This document shows positions 46,210 to 56,253 of a stretch of DNA of 64,000 nt, piece after piece. The notes under the pieces were generated by a model, which worked only from the letters and a program-made list of their open reading frames with translations, did no database searches and was not told where the DNA came from. Where the stretch lies: positions 11,555 through 75,554 of the forward strand of contig CAVPIX010000002.1 in the NCBI GenBank assembly GCA_963705115.1, read 5' to 3'. Position 1 is the first letter of the stretch. Each line of letters starts with the position of its first letter. This DNA is from an uncultured delta proteobacterium (GTDB lineage: Bacteria > Desulfobacterota > Desulfobaccia > Desulfobaccales > 0-14-0-80-60-11). Both the position numbers and the translations under genes were made by a program.

Positions 46210-48526
46210 GAAGCCCCTCCTGAGAAAGCCCCATTACAGCCCCGATATTTTTTTTGCCGGTTTTGGCAATGGTATCCGTCAGATCAACCGATTGCAGCAG
46301 CAGCTCGGCGACGTCCTGAACCTTGATCAGGTTGCTGACGCCCTGTTTGGCGATGGCCTCATTGAGAATGCGTATGCAATACGGGCAGGCGGTGGCGATG
46401 ACCTCAGCCCCGGTGGCCAGGGCCTCTTTGAGCCGCGTTTCCCCAAGACTCTCCTGGCCGACCCCGTCTTTCCAGGGGCCGCCGCCGCCACCGCCGCAGC
46501 AGAAGCTCCGCTCCCGGTTATTCTGCATTTCAATCAGGGTGACGCCCGGTATGGCTTCCAGGATGCGCCGGGGTTTGTCATAGAGGCCGGAATGCCTGCC
46601 GAGATAGCAGGGATCATGGTAAGTAACTTTGAGGCCGAGGCTGTTGACGGGCTTGAGGTCGCCCGCCCGGATGAGTTCATCCAGGAGCTCCACGGCGTGA
46701 ACCGTGGTTATGTCCTTCAGCCCTTCATACCTTTTCTTGAAGGAATCAAGACAATGGGGCGAGATGGTCAGGATTTTATTGGCCCCGGCCTCAAGAAACA
46801 TCTCGGTATTCTTCTTGGCCAGATCTGCGGCCACGTTTTTGGCGCCGATCTTATCGGCCAGGTCGCCGCAGCAATTTTCCTTGGCGCCCAGCGTGCCAAA
46901 AGAGACGCCGGCATGATTGAGCAGGGTCAAAAGGGCCAGGCCGGCCTTTTGGCTGCCTTTGGCGGCGTTGGTGTCATAGGCCGTGGTGCAGCAGGTGAAC
47001 AGGCAGTATTCATGCTCCTGGTTATACGCGGGCAGCTCGTTGCCCTTGGCCCAATCCAGGCGCTTTTCCCTTTGGCCCTGCCAGGGATTGCCTTCTTTTT
47101 GCAGACTTTGCACCACATGATTAAAAGATTTCGGCATCAAGCCGGCCTCCGCCACATGGCTGCGCACGGATTTAACCATGTCAACCAGGCCGATGCCCCG
47201 GGGGCAGCTTTCCACGCAACTATTGCAGGTAGTGCAGGTCCAGGAGGCCTCATCCACGGAGACGTTGTTGGGCCGGTCCAAAGCCACATCCCGGAGGACT
47301 TTCCGGGGACTGTAGCTGGAAATTTCGCTGTAGGGGCAGACCCCGGTGCAGGCGCCGCACTGCATGCAGCTCTGGAAATTCTCCCCGATGTCATGTTTGA
47401 CCATGGCCAGATCAACCTGGGATTCCCGCAGCGCCTTTTGCTTCAGCGTGGTCAGGAAAATGGCCAGGGGCCGGTACATCAGATGGGAGAGCTTGCCGAA
47501 GGGAATCATCAGGACCAGCATGCTGGCGGCGATGCCCACATGGATGACGTAAACGGTGTAGGTCATGATGGGCAGGCCAAGGAGCCGCAGGAAATGGACC
47601 ATGATGCCGGTGGCTGCCACCGTGATAATCAGCACCAGAAAAAACACATCGGTAAAATCCGAATACCGGTGAAGATTCTCTTCCTTTTTGAACCAGCGGC
47701 TGTAGAGCATGGTGGTGGCGGCAAACATCAGGGCGATGGTGGCGTAATAGCCCAACAGGCGGGTCCAATGCCAAAAGGGATGGACAATATCGGTCTGAAA
47801 TTCCGACAGGTAGGCCATGACCAGAATTTCCATGGACACCCACCCGGAAAACAGTAAGATATGCCGCCACCAGGCGCTGCCCGGGCCGGTGCCGCATTTG
47901 CGCCAGCGTTTCTGGGTGAAATAGTTAAGGAAGAACACCGGCGCCTGGGTCAGGAAAAGATAGGGCGGTATCTTGGTGCCCTGCATGATCTTGCGATACA
48001 TGTGAAAGGCATTGGAGAACAGCATCAGGAAGATCAAACCCACCATGATCTGGTCGCCCAGGTGAATCGTGTGCACCGGCGCAAAGGTGGTGAGTTCCAC
48101 CCGGTCGGTGACCACCGGCCCCCGAAAGATCAGGAGCAGGGCGACCACCAAGAAGAATACGCCGAGAAAAGCCCCAACCTCCCATTTCGGCGAGGCATAA
48201 AATCTCTTGGCGAGCCCGGTCCAGTCATACTGGGTCATGAGCCAGCGCCGGGTGGCCATCATGGTCTCGGCGGGTTCCGCGCCCCGGGGGCAGTCGGTGT
48301 TGCAGGTGCCGCAATAATAGCAGAGCCAGGGTTCTGGAGATTCCAACAGCTTATCCCGCAGGCCGAGTTGGAGGTAACGATAAATCTTCCGAGGAAACGT
48401 GTTGTCCCCGGTGGACAAGGGACAGGCGGAGGCGCAGTTGCCGCATTGGAAGCAGGCCTCCATGTCCCTGGCCCCGAGCTTCTTGACCTCGCTGTACAAA
48501 TCAGGGCTGATACTGTTTTTGTTCAC
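46202..48526 (-). CDS. QmoC-like (ferredoxin + heme-b-type membrane domain) fused to an HdrD-like ferredoxin-CCG module
   Basis: CFQCGNCASACP and CYYCGTCNTDCP; TM region with His residues (HILL, HFLR, HVGI, KLSHL); CMQCGAC, NCCG, YHDPC, FCCGGGGG and TACPYC. Confidence 0.85.
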   Translation of the reverse strand: MNKNSISPDLYSEVKKLGARDMEACFQCGNCASACPLSTGDNTFPRKIYRYLQLGLRDKLLESPEPWLCYYCGTCNTDCPRGAEPAETMMATRRWLMTQYDWTGLAKRFYASPKWEVGAFLGVFFLVVALLLIFRGPVVTDRVELTTFAPVHTIHLGDQIMVGLIFLMLFSNAFHMYRKIMQGTKIPPYLFLTQAPVFFLNYFTQKRWRKCGTGPGSAWWRHILLFSGWVSMEILVMAYLSEFQTDIVHPFWHWTRLLGYYATIALMFAATTMLYSRWFKKEENLHRYSDFTDVFFLVLIITVAATGIMVHFLRLLGLPIMTYTVYVIHVGIAASMLVLMIPFGKLSHLMYRPLAIFLTTLKQKALRESQVDLAMVKHDIGENFQSCMQCGACTGVCPYSEISSYSPRKVLRDVALDRPNNVSVDEASWTCTTCNSCVESCPRGIGLVDMVKSVRSHVAEAGLMPKSFNHVVQSLQKEGNPWQGQREKRLDWAKGNELPAYNQEHEYCLFTCCTTAYDTNAAKGSQKAGLALLTLLNHAGVSFGTLGAKENCCGDLADKIGAKNVAADLAKKNTEMFLEAGANKILTISPHCLDSFKKRYEGLKDITTVHAVELLDELIRAGDLKPVNSLGLKVTYHDPCYLGRHSGLYDKPRRILEAIPGVTLIEMQNNRERSFCCGGGGGGPWKDGVGQESLGETRLKEALATGAEVIATACPYCIRILNEAIAKQGVSNLIKVQDVAELLLQSVDLTDTIAKTGKKNIGAVMGLSQEGLHV

Positions 48527-48571
48527 GATCTTCCCCTTAATAGACCAACGTGGTTATTGCTATGCCAAGGA

Positions 48572-48587
48572 AGCAAGACACATGCCA
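48572..48587 (-). promoter_or_regulatory. sigma54 (-24/-12) promoter of the hdr operon
   Basis: Minus strand TGGCAT-GTGTC-TTGCT, a consensus match about 45 bp upstream of the start. A TGT-N11-ACA site lies at 48652-48668. Confidence 0.8.
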
Positions 48588-48900
48588 CTTGCTTAACTAA
48601 TTAATTTATTTAGCTATTATAAATTTCCTTAAGATTTTTGGGGTTCTTATCTGTCTTATAATCCAACAGCCATTACGACCGCATTGAGTATCTATTTGAT
48701 TTTACTAAGAATTTTATTTTGGAAAATCCGACAGCAACTTTTTCAGGTTGTGGCATAGATGGACAAAGGGAGGATGATTTGCCGGGGGCAAGGAAACCGG
48801 CGCTCATGTCAATACCCAGGATAGGCCGGCCAAGATGGCGGCGGCCAGGCGGGGAGGGTCAAGGGGACGGGTTAATACAGTTTGCAGTCACACGCTGGCC

Positions 48901-48991
48901 CAGGCTTTCCAGCCTGTGCCCGGGCACGGCAAGCCGCACCCCCTAGAATTATACCAAGGTTTGTAGGGGCGGGTTTAAAACCCGCCCCTAC
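48901..48991. repeat. REP-like palindrome cluster
   Basis: caggctttccagcctg, gggcacggcaagccg and gtaggggcgggtttaaaacccgcccctac; the same families occur at 12452, 14700, 21388 and 13001. Confidence 0.65.
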
Positions 48992-49183
48992 GTGTGATAT
49001 CAATAGGTTATCTGAGTGATTTGCTTGATTTCAAGGCGAACTTGGTATTACTTGTCGGTTGGCGGCACCATGGTATCAAAACCTGGCGAACCCGGAGATC
49101 CGACCCGACACGGGTGTCCGGTAGGGTTTGGCACATGGAGTTCCAGGTGCCCAAGACCCCCTGAGGCAACTAAGGGGATTAAC

Positions 49184-49228
49184 TGGTCGGGACGGGCGGA
49201 TTTGAACCGCCGACCTCCTGCTCCCAAG
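49184..49228 (-). tRNA. 3' half only of tRNA-Pro(TGG); probable attachment-site remnant, not a functional tRNA
   Basis: Minus strand CTTGGGA-GCAGG-AGGTC-GGCGG-TTCAAAT-CCGCC-CGTCCCG-ACCA: anticodon loop, T arm and 3' acceptor strand. The upstream sequence cannot supply the D arm or the 5' acceptor strand. Confidence 0.85.
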
Positions 49229-50027
49229 ACGGATAAAGGGGGTTTGGGAAACAGGTTGAACTAATTCACTAAATTGATTTTATTATGAAATTGGGTGTTG
49301 ACATAATTAAGACTTTGGGGGCACTTTGGGGTCTGAAAATAATTAATGGACACTTTTTGGACAACCAAAATGCCCCCCTTGATATCTGTATCAAAATGTT
49401 CTTTTTTTCTATGAATAAAGCAAACTGCCGGGGTGTATGCTGGAAATGGGGCCGGATATCTTGAACCAGGACGTCTCACGGTTTCCACCCATAGCGGCCT
49501 TGGTTTATGCTATGTCTTATTTCTTCCTCTACAAACCGATGCCGTTCCCGGGAGAATCCTGTCATACGGGCCAAATGGCTGGATGGCTGCCCGATTTTTC
49601 GAGAAGCTAAATTATGAATGATCGTGGTTGGGGCAAGTCGCAATATATCTAAATAATATCGAAACCTCTCAGCGGAGATTACAAATGCCAGATAGAGGGC
49701 AGTGAGCACCACATCCGCCCCTGTTCAAATAGTCGACTATTTGATCAAAGTAAAGATCAGAGTTTATCATCCTGCCCTGCGTCCGACTTTCTTTTTTCCC
49801 TTGCCGAATTGTATATGTCAATTCCCAATATTTGACCTACAAACACGCCACCATTGTTACCAGGGCCCACAACCGAGTCGCATTAAGTTGCTCGTTTTTT
49901 TCTTGGTCTTGGATGGTTAAGTCTGCTATTGTGCCAAATACCGCGTCCAATCATCCAACAACTTTCCTCATCTAAAGCGCCAAGGGCTACGGATAGCCCT
50001 GGCGTTCCTAAGGAAGGGGGTCAGGAT

Positions 50028-51098
50028 ATGCTGAAGAAATGGTTTATCGTTTTCTGCGCTCTGTGGTTTGCTTTAACTTGGGACACCGGTACGTCTGTGG
50101 CGCAAAGGACCTCACCAGACGGCCTGCAACTAAGTAATTTTAAAGTTACCCCTATGCAGGCGCAGGTTGGGGACCAAGTGCAAGTATCTTTTGTCCTAAC
50201 AAACACGACGGCCCACCCCATCACCATCAGTCCCGAATCTGGCGTCTTTGTGGGTGCGAGGTGGAATTCCACAACCGATGCGAACAACCGAGATTTTAGT
50301 CATAGAAACAGAGGAAGATTCTTGAAACCTGGGGACAAGGTCAAGATGGAGGCAACCAGAAAGCTCGATGCGGCGGGCACCTGGAGGTTCTGGCCCGCCT
50401 ACAAGGTCAACGGTCACTGGGGGCCTTTCAGGTGGAATGAAATCGTTGTCGAAGTGGCAGAAGCGACTACGGGAACCCCACGGCGGGATGATGGCGTCTG
50501 CCCGGTGCACGGCGTAAGGATGGAACCCATAAATCTGCGGGTTATTTACGGAATGCCATCCCAGAAAGAATTCCTAGAGATGCGCGCTGGTAAGTCGCTT
50601 TTTCCCTATGGCCGTGACTATGTTCTGGGCGGTTGTGTGGTGAAGCCGGAGAAGTTCCGGAAAGGCTTCCTCTGCCCAGAGTGTGTGAAGGCGCGCAATG
50701 CCTGGATCGCGTCACAAAAACACGGGGATAAAATTTCGCGAGCCAGCCAAGCTAGCCTCGAGGAATTCTTTGCAATCGTCAACAGCCGGGATGTCGATGG
50801 GGCCATGAAGTCAATGGCACCAGGCATGCTTAAGACGCCGGAGCAACGTGAGGCCTGGCGGAGACAGCTTGCTGCCTTTCGCTCAATCCATGTAATTGAT
50901 GTAGAACCGGCGAACGTGAACGACTGGAGCAGCACCCGCCATATCTTCAGAGTCACGCTGGAAGCATACGTCAAAGAAGAGCCCGGCGCCCCAATCCCAT
51001 TTTTTGGCTGGCACGATAACCCAAACGTCCGCTGGATCACGATGGAGCTGAACAACAATCACCGCTGGGTTGTCGCTGGAATCGCAACTGGCCCGTAG
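50028..51098 (+). CDS. Exported three-domain protein (Ig-like, small Cys domain, NTF2/DUF4829-like C-terminus)
   Basis: ATG 50028 after AAGGAAGG; signal peptide; beta-sandwich pattern; CPVH...IYGMP...LGGC...CPEC; C-terminal WVVAGIATGP. Confidence 0.7.
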   Translation: MLKKWFIVFCALWFALTWDTGTSVAQRTSPDGLQLSNFKVTPMQAQVGDQVQVSFVLTNTTAHPITISPESGVFVGARWNSTTDANNRDFSHRNRGRFLKPGDKVKMEATRKLDAAGTWRFWPAYKVNGHWGPFRWNEIVVEVAEATTGTPRRDDGVCPVHGVRMEPINLRVIYGMPSQKEFLEMRAGKSLFPYGRDYVLGGCVVKPEKFRKGFLCPECVKARNAWIASQKHGDKISRASQASLEEFFAIVNSRDVDGAMKSMAPGMLKTPEQREAWRRQLAAFRSIHVIDVEPANVNDWSSTRHIFRVTLEAYVKEEPGAPIPFFGWHDNPNVRWITMELNNNHRWVVAGIATGP

Positions 51099-51149
51099 CT
51101 CCCTCGCTTTCCATTTCTTCAATTCCTGCTTTCAGGTTTGCCCGGTTTA

Positions 51150-51363
51150 TTAGTCAGAGCATTAAACTGATCAACTTTTCAGGCTGCGCAGTGGATATGT
51201 TCTCCCATGAAAACGTGGGCAACAATGTCCGGTTGGCATTTGCGGCTCACCCGGGCGTTGGGGCCCCAGGGCATTATTTTTGACATCTTGGATGAGCAAT
51301 TCATCCCGGTTCAGCTCGGGACCATAACTGGGAAGGAATACGGGGCGAATCCGCTCCTCATTC
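51150..51363 (-). mobile_element. IS630-family transposase 3' remnant
   Basis: VFLPSYGPELNRDE matches the IS630 LP-x-YSPELNP-x-E motif; truncated at the IS3 end. Confidence 0.65.
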
Positions 51364-52631
51364 TGACCTGCCATCAGTAATTGTACCAAGTTTTAAGTTA
51401 GGATGGGGTTCAAGTCAAGCCAGAGATTCTGGCGGAGCCTAGCGTAGCCAGGATCTCTGGGAATCGGCCGTATGGCCTTAGGTGGCAGTGGCCGATAATT
51501 CAAAGCACTATGAGGCCTGATCGTGTTGTATGCTTTCCGCCAACGCTCGATCAGAATCTTGGCCTCTTTCAAGGTGTAGAAAATCTCCCCCTTGAGCAAC
51601 TCATCCCGCAGCTTCCCATTGAAGCTCTCGTTGTAACCATTCTCCCAAGGACTGCCAGGTTCAATGTAGAGCGTGTTGACTCCTACTCGGCTTAACCACT
51701 CCCGAACCACCTTGGCCGTAAACTCCGACCCGTTGTCCGACCGGATATAGTCTGGTGGGCGCCTTGACACAAACAGCTCCGTCAACCGATACAACACCGC
51801 ATCTGCATCAAAACGCCGGGATACCTCGATGGCCAGGCATTCCCGCGTGTACTCATCAATGATGGAGAGCATACGGAAAGCCTTGCCATCGTGTGTCCGC
51901 GCCATGACGAAGTCATAGGACCAAATATGGTCCGCCCAGCACGGCCGGAGACGAACACAAGATCCATCGGTTAACCACAATCTGCTCCGCTTTGGCTGCT
52001 TCTGGGGCACCTTCAGTCCTTCCTGTCGCCAGATCCGTTCCACCCGCTTGTGGTTTACTCTCCAGCCCTCTCGATGGAGCAAGGCAGTGATGCGGCGATA
52101 GCCATACCGGCCGAAATGCGTGGCATAGCCAATGATGGCAGCAGTCAGCCCCACCTCGTCATCAGGCTCGGTGGCTTGGTAACGCTGGGTCGCACGGGGT
52201 TGCCCAATCACCCCGCAGACCCGGCGTTCCGACACCGGCAGAGCCTTCCGGATATGCTCTAGGCTTTGCCGGCGACGGGTCGGGCTTAGAAGTTTCCCCC
52301 TACCGCCTCCTGGAGGATCAGTTTGTCCAAGGTCAGATCCGCCACCGCCCGTCTCAGCCGGGTATTCTCTTGCTCTAAAGCCTTGAGCCGCTTGGCCTGT
52401 TCTATCTTTAAACCCCCTTACTCCCGGCGCCACCGATAGAAGGTCTGTTCGGCAATACCCAAAGTACGGCAAACCTGGGCCGCCGTCTGCCCTTGGGCCA
52501 GGGCCACCTCTGCTTCCCGCAGCTTTCCAATGATCTGCTCCGGCGAATAACGCTTCCTACTCATCTCCCTGCCTCCCTTCGATCCATTACTCTAAACAAT
52601 ACTTATGGATCAGTTTTCGGGGGGCAGGTCA
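51364..52631 (-). mobile_element. IS3-family insertion sequence (~1268 bp); orfA carries a nonsense mutation
   Basis: Terminal IRs TGACCTGCC... at both ends. orfA from ATG 52564 (MSRKRYSPEQII...) has TAA at 52418-52420 in place of the EYGG Tyr. Slippery G-GGA-AAC at 52292-52298. orfB is an rve-type integrase (WSYDF, RSDNGSEF, ENGYNESFNG). Confidence 0.93.
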
Positions 52632-52858
52632 CTTGGTCTTACGGACACTCTAACGCGCTTGCAGGAACTTTCCCTGCCGGAGCGAGGTTATTTTAAATAG
52701 CTAACCAGGGCTTAGCAAAATAGGAAGATACTATTTCTCTGTCTTTTTTTTGGATTTCTGTTCAATTTTATGGATTAATAACTTATTTTTGTCCAAATAT
52801 TGAAACATATTCAACTTATAATTTATATTAACCATAATAATATCAGATATATATGATT

Positions 52859-52874
52859 TGGCACAAAAATTGAT
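52859..52874 (+). promoter_or_regulatory. Putative sigma54 promoter upstream of flp
   Basis: TGGCAC-AAAAA-TTGAT in an AT-rich region (-12 is GA). Confidence 0.5.
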
Positions 52875-52996
52875 TAAATATCATATAGCTATGGTTTAGA
52901 TGACCAACGAGTTTGGTCGGCCGTTTAAGTTCAAACCCCTAAATACATTATGATGGCCGAGGCTGTCACATGATCTCGGGTAAATGGGGAATCGAT

Positions 52997-53161
52997 ATGC
53001 TAAGGAACGATTTTATCAAGGAAGAGGACGGCGTGATAACCACTGAATATGTCGTTTTTGTGGCATGTATCGCCATACTTCTGATTGCCGGGGTTTCCGG
53101 GCTTTACAATGCTCTGGGCGGATACTTCAACAGGTGGGCCGGGTTTTTCGCCGGGAGTTGA
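52997..53161 (+). CDS. flp: Flp/Fap type IVc prepilin
   Basis: EEDG|VITTEYVVF: canonical Gly-1, Glu+5 and Tyr+6, then a hydrophobic helix. Confidence 0.88.
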   Translation: MLRNDFIKEEDGVITTEYVVFVACIAILLIAGVSGLYNALGGYFNRWAGFFAGS

Positions 53162-53325
53162 ACTCCTTGCAGATGAGCGGTTTCACTCCCCTCAGAATGA
53201 CAAATTGGGGGCCCGGGGGTTTGGCGCCTAAATTCCAGAAGGAGATGATAACCCCAAGGAAAAGTAGATTGAGGATAGAAATAATGTTCAAAAAACTAAA
53301 CATAACAAAGCAGGAGGATTGGCAA

Positions 53326-53535
53326 ATGGAAAGGATCAAACGGTTTCTCTTGGATGATGCGGCCACGGCGGAGGCGACCTCCACCGTGGTCATGATTGCC
53401 TGTGCGGCCGTCTTGCTGGTCGGCTTGGTGGCTGTCTGGTACAACACGGGCTTAGGCGGTTTCTTTAACACTGCCTCCACGAGGGTGTCTGGGTGGGGAA
53501 CTAACATCCCCGCATCGGTACCCACAGGCAGTTAA
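53326..53535 (+). CDS. Flp-like prepilin with non-canonical cleavage motif
   Basis: GGAGG RBS; MERIKRFLLDDAATAEATSTVVMIAC + hydrophobic helix; 69 aa. Confidence 0.7.
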   Translation: MERIKRFLLDDAATAEATSTVVMIACAAVLLVGLVAVWYNTGLGGFFNTASTRVSGWGTNIPASVPTGS

Positions 53536-53642
53536 AAGAACCAGGCCTCGGGGGGAGGCCAAACCGGGCTTCCCCCGTTAGCCGGTGCACTGTTTTAAAT
53601 GGCAGTGGGTCAGAGAAGGTTCTTTGCCTGCGAGAGCCAGCC

Positions 53643-54084
53643 ATGAACAACGGTTTTCTGAAGATCTTCAAAAAAACCCGCTTTGGGGCCGGGCAAGAAG
53701 GGAGCATCTCGGTGGAGTTTGTCATCCTGTTTCCCCTTCTGGCTCTCATCGTGGTGGCCATGATGGAATTCGGCTACCTGTGGTTTGTGCGCCACACCCT
53801 CACCAACGCCAGCCGGGAGGGGGCCAGGGCTGCGGTGGTCTTCTACACCGGCGGCGAGCGGGCCACCTGGGCCCAAAATACGGCCAGGAGCACGGTGGAC
53901 ACATACCTGCAGCATATTCACTTCCCCGGCACCTGGACAGTGATAATCAACCCGGGGGCCAGCACGGGAGACCTGACCACACGTGACGGTCACCACCCCG
54001 AATGGTCTCATGCTGCTGGATAAATTTCTCCCCTCCTATAGAGGGATCACCGTCACAGGCGTAACCACCATGAAAATGGAGTGA
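53643..54084 (+). pseudogene. tadE: TadE-like pseudopilin with +1 frameshift near 53973-53982
   Basis: QEG|SISVEF...ASREGAR N-terminus. The shifted frame continues VTVTTPNG...VTTMKME*, a typical TadE C-terminus, with stop at 54082-54084. Confidence 0.75.
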
Positions 54085-54093
54085 GGCAGAGTT

Positions 54094-54906
54094 ATGAAAA
54101 TATCTCCGGGATTAAAGTATTTCATTCTGGCCGGTCTGGTAGGGCTGGCGGCCGTTTTACTGATCCAGAAATACCTCAACAGCAAATTGGCCGCGGCGCC
54201 TCCGCCCCTAACCGCCCAGGTGGTGGTGGCGGAAATGGACATCGCTCCGGGTACAGCCCTGGAGAGCCGCATGATGAAAGTCTCCAACTGGCCCAGTGAA
54301 ATTATCCCGCCCAAGGCCGTAAGCAGCCCGCAACAGATGCAGGGACGGGTGATCTTGACGCCCATCAGCAAAGGTGAGCCCATCCTCGAGCACAGGCTGG
54401 CTCCGGAAGGCACGGCAGCCGGTCTCACCGGCCTTCTCGACCCCAATATGCTGGCCGTAACGGTGAAAACCGACGAAGTCTCCGGGGTGGCCGGCTTTAT
54501 CAACCCTGGTGACCGCATTGACGTTTTGGCGGAGATGCCCAAGGGGGGCGGCAAAGACGGCAGTGACCATTTCTCCAAAATAATCCTCCAGAACCTGAAA
54601 GTTCTGAGCAAAGGGCAGATTTGGGACCAGACGGGCGATAAACAGCCCAAGGTGGTGCCCACCGTGACCCTGGAGGTGACCCCGGTGCAGGCCGAGATGT
54701 TGAATCTCGCCACCGGTGAGGGGAGAATCCGTTTGGCGCTGCGCAACCAGACGAATCGAAACTTCTTTGCCACCAAGGGAGTGGATATTCCGCAATTGCT
54801 CAACAAGCCACCGGAGCAAGTCGATGCTCTGTCAGAGAAAAAGCCGACATCAGGCCCGAGCGCTATGTTGATCAAACGCATGACGGTTTCCACCCAAAAC
54901 TTTTAA
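54094..54906 (+). CDS. cpaB: Flp pilus assembly protein CpaB/RcpC
   Basis: SAF domain (VVVAEMDIAPG, GEPI), GVAGFINPGDRIDV and TVTLEVTP. Confidence 0.92.
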   Translation: MKISPGLKYFILAGLVGLAAVLLIQKYLNSKLAAAPPPLTAQVVVAEMDIAPGTALESRMMKVSNWPSEIIPPKAVSSPQQMQGRVILTPISKGEPILEHRLAPEGTAAGLTGLLDPNMLAVTVKTDEVSGVAGFINPGDRIDVLAEMPKGGGKDGSDHFSKIILQNLKVLSKGQIWDQTGDKQPKVVPTVTLEVTPVQAEMLNLATGEGRIRLALRNQTNRNFFATKGVDIPQLLNKPPEQVDALSEKKPTSGPSAMLIKRMTVSTQNF

Positions 54907-55027
54907 GGGAGCGGCCCTGGTCTCTCATTATCATAACGGAGAGAACCCAAGGAAATCTGGTGGTGATGACCTCGCTTACTTGGGAATCTCTCCAGGGCAA
55001 GGACAGGTAACCATAGTGTCGCCAGAG

Positions 55028-56245
55028 ATGAAGCCCAAAACCATATCTGTTTCAATTCTTGGAGGCCCCCAGTCCGGAGATCCGGTGCTCCAGGATATGT
55101 TACAGGGCATTCCTGATCTGCGGCTGTTAAAGAGCGTTCAGGATCCTGAGGCTTTCTTGACCACCTATGAGGACAGCCCCCCTGACCTGGTGCTGGTGGA
55201 ACTGAACGGCAAGTCTGCCATCCCCCACTGGCTTGGAAGAGTGACCGAACGGCTCTCCAAATCCAAGGTGTTCGTTTGCTCTCAGAGTCGGGACCCGGAC
55301 TTCCTGATTAAGATCATGAAGCTGCATATCGGGGGTTTTATCCCTCTGCCGCTGCAACAGGAAGAGCTGTTTGCCGCCATTGAACAGATTAAGGCTGAGC
55401 GAGCCCAACAAGCCGACCCCAGTCAGAGCCAGGTCCTGGCGGTTACCGGCACCAAGGGGGGAGTAGGGGTCACCTCCATAGCCGTTAATCTGGCGGTGGC
55501 TATGGCTGAAAGTCTTCAAGAAGGTGTGCTCCTGGTTGATTTGGCCCGGCCCTTCCCCCATGTGGGCCAGTTCTTGGACCTGAAGACCGCCCACACCATA
55601 AGAGAGCTGGCCGAGAGTTCGGAGGCCCTGGATCCTTTGTTCATCCAGAAAGTGATTCAGAAACACACCTCGGGCCTGGACGTGGTTCTCGGGCCGCCAT
55701 CTATCACGTCAGACCCCAAATCGCTGGAATCTGCGGCGTTCCCGGAGCCCCAGTCCCTGAAGAAAGTCTTCCAGGCCTTCAGGTCAATTTATCCTTGGGT
55801 CCTGGTTGATTTGGGATCGTGGTTGGACCCCTTCTATTTCCAGGTGCTGCGGACTGCCGACCAGATTTTGCTGGTGACCGAACTTACCGTGCCGGATTTG
55901 CGGAACCTCAAGACCATCAACACCCTTTGGTATGAGTGGGACCTTTATGACCGGGACTGGAAGGTTGTGGTCAACCGCTATGTGAAAGATTACAGTTTAG
56001 GGCTCAAGGACGTGGAAGAAATCTGTCATCACCCGGTTTTCTTTACCATCCCTGACGACCCGGCGGTCATGCGGGAAGCCGTCAATCAGGGAATGGCGGT
56101 GGGAGACCTGGCACCCCGCTCCAGGCCGTGGCAAAAATTCAAATCCATGGCTTCTGAGTTGGTGGGTGAGTCTAAGCGACAAACGGCAAAACAGATGGAC
56201 GCCCGGCAAGGTATGTTTTGGAGACTATTTCAGAAAAAAGGATAA
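55028..56245 (+). CDS. cpaE: CpaE/TadZ (receiver-like domain + MinD-like ATPase)
   Basis: Receiver-like N-terminus; GTKGGVGVT deviant Walker A; VVNR. Confidence 0.88.
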   Translation: MKPKTISVSILGGPQSGDPVLQDMLQGIPDLRLLKSVQDPEAFLTTYEDSPPDLVLVELNGKSAIPHWLGRVTERLSKSKVFVCSQSRDPDFLIKIMKLHIGGFIPLPLQQEELFAAIEQIKAERAQQADPSQSQVLAVTGTKGGVGVTSIAVNLAVAMAESLQEGVLLVDLARPFPHVGQFLDLKTAHTIRELAESSEALDPLFIQKVIQKHTSGLDVVLGPPSITSDPKSLESAAFPEPQSLKKVFQAFRSIYPWVLVDLGSWLDPFYFQVLRTADQILLVTELTVPDLRNLKTINTLWYEWDLYDRDWKVVVNRYVKDYSLGLKDVEEICHHPVFFTIPDDPAVMREAVNQGMAVGDLAPRSRPWQKFKSMASELVGESKRQTAKQMDARQGMFWRLFQKKG

Positions 56246-56253
56246 AACCGCCC

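Noticed and set aside
36678-48526. Selenocysteine (UGA) recoding in HdrA/MvhD, prompted by the yedE cluster
   Set aside because: All these ORFs are uninterrupted, and the usual Sec positions (e.g. MvhD CNWC) are Cys.
49184-49260. Intact tRNA-Pro gene
   Set aside because: Only the anticodon loop to CCA is present; the upstream bases cannot form the D arm or the 5' acceptor strand.
49433-49920. Short ORFs just inside the island
   Set aside because: Overlapping, stop-interrupted frames with no recognisable domain; probably decayed sequence.
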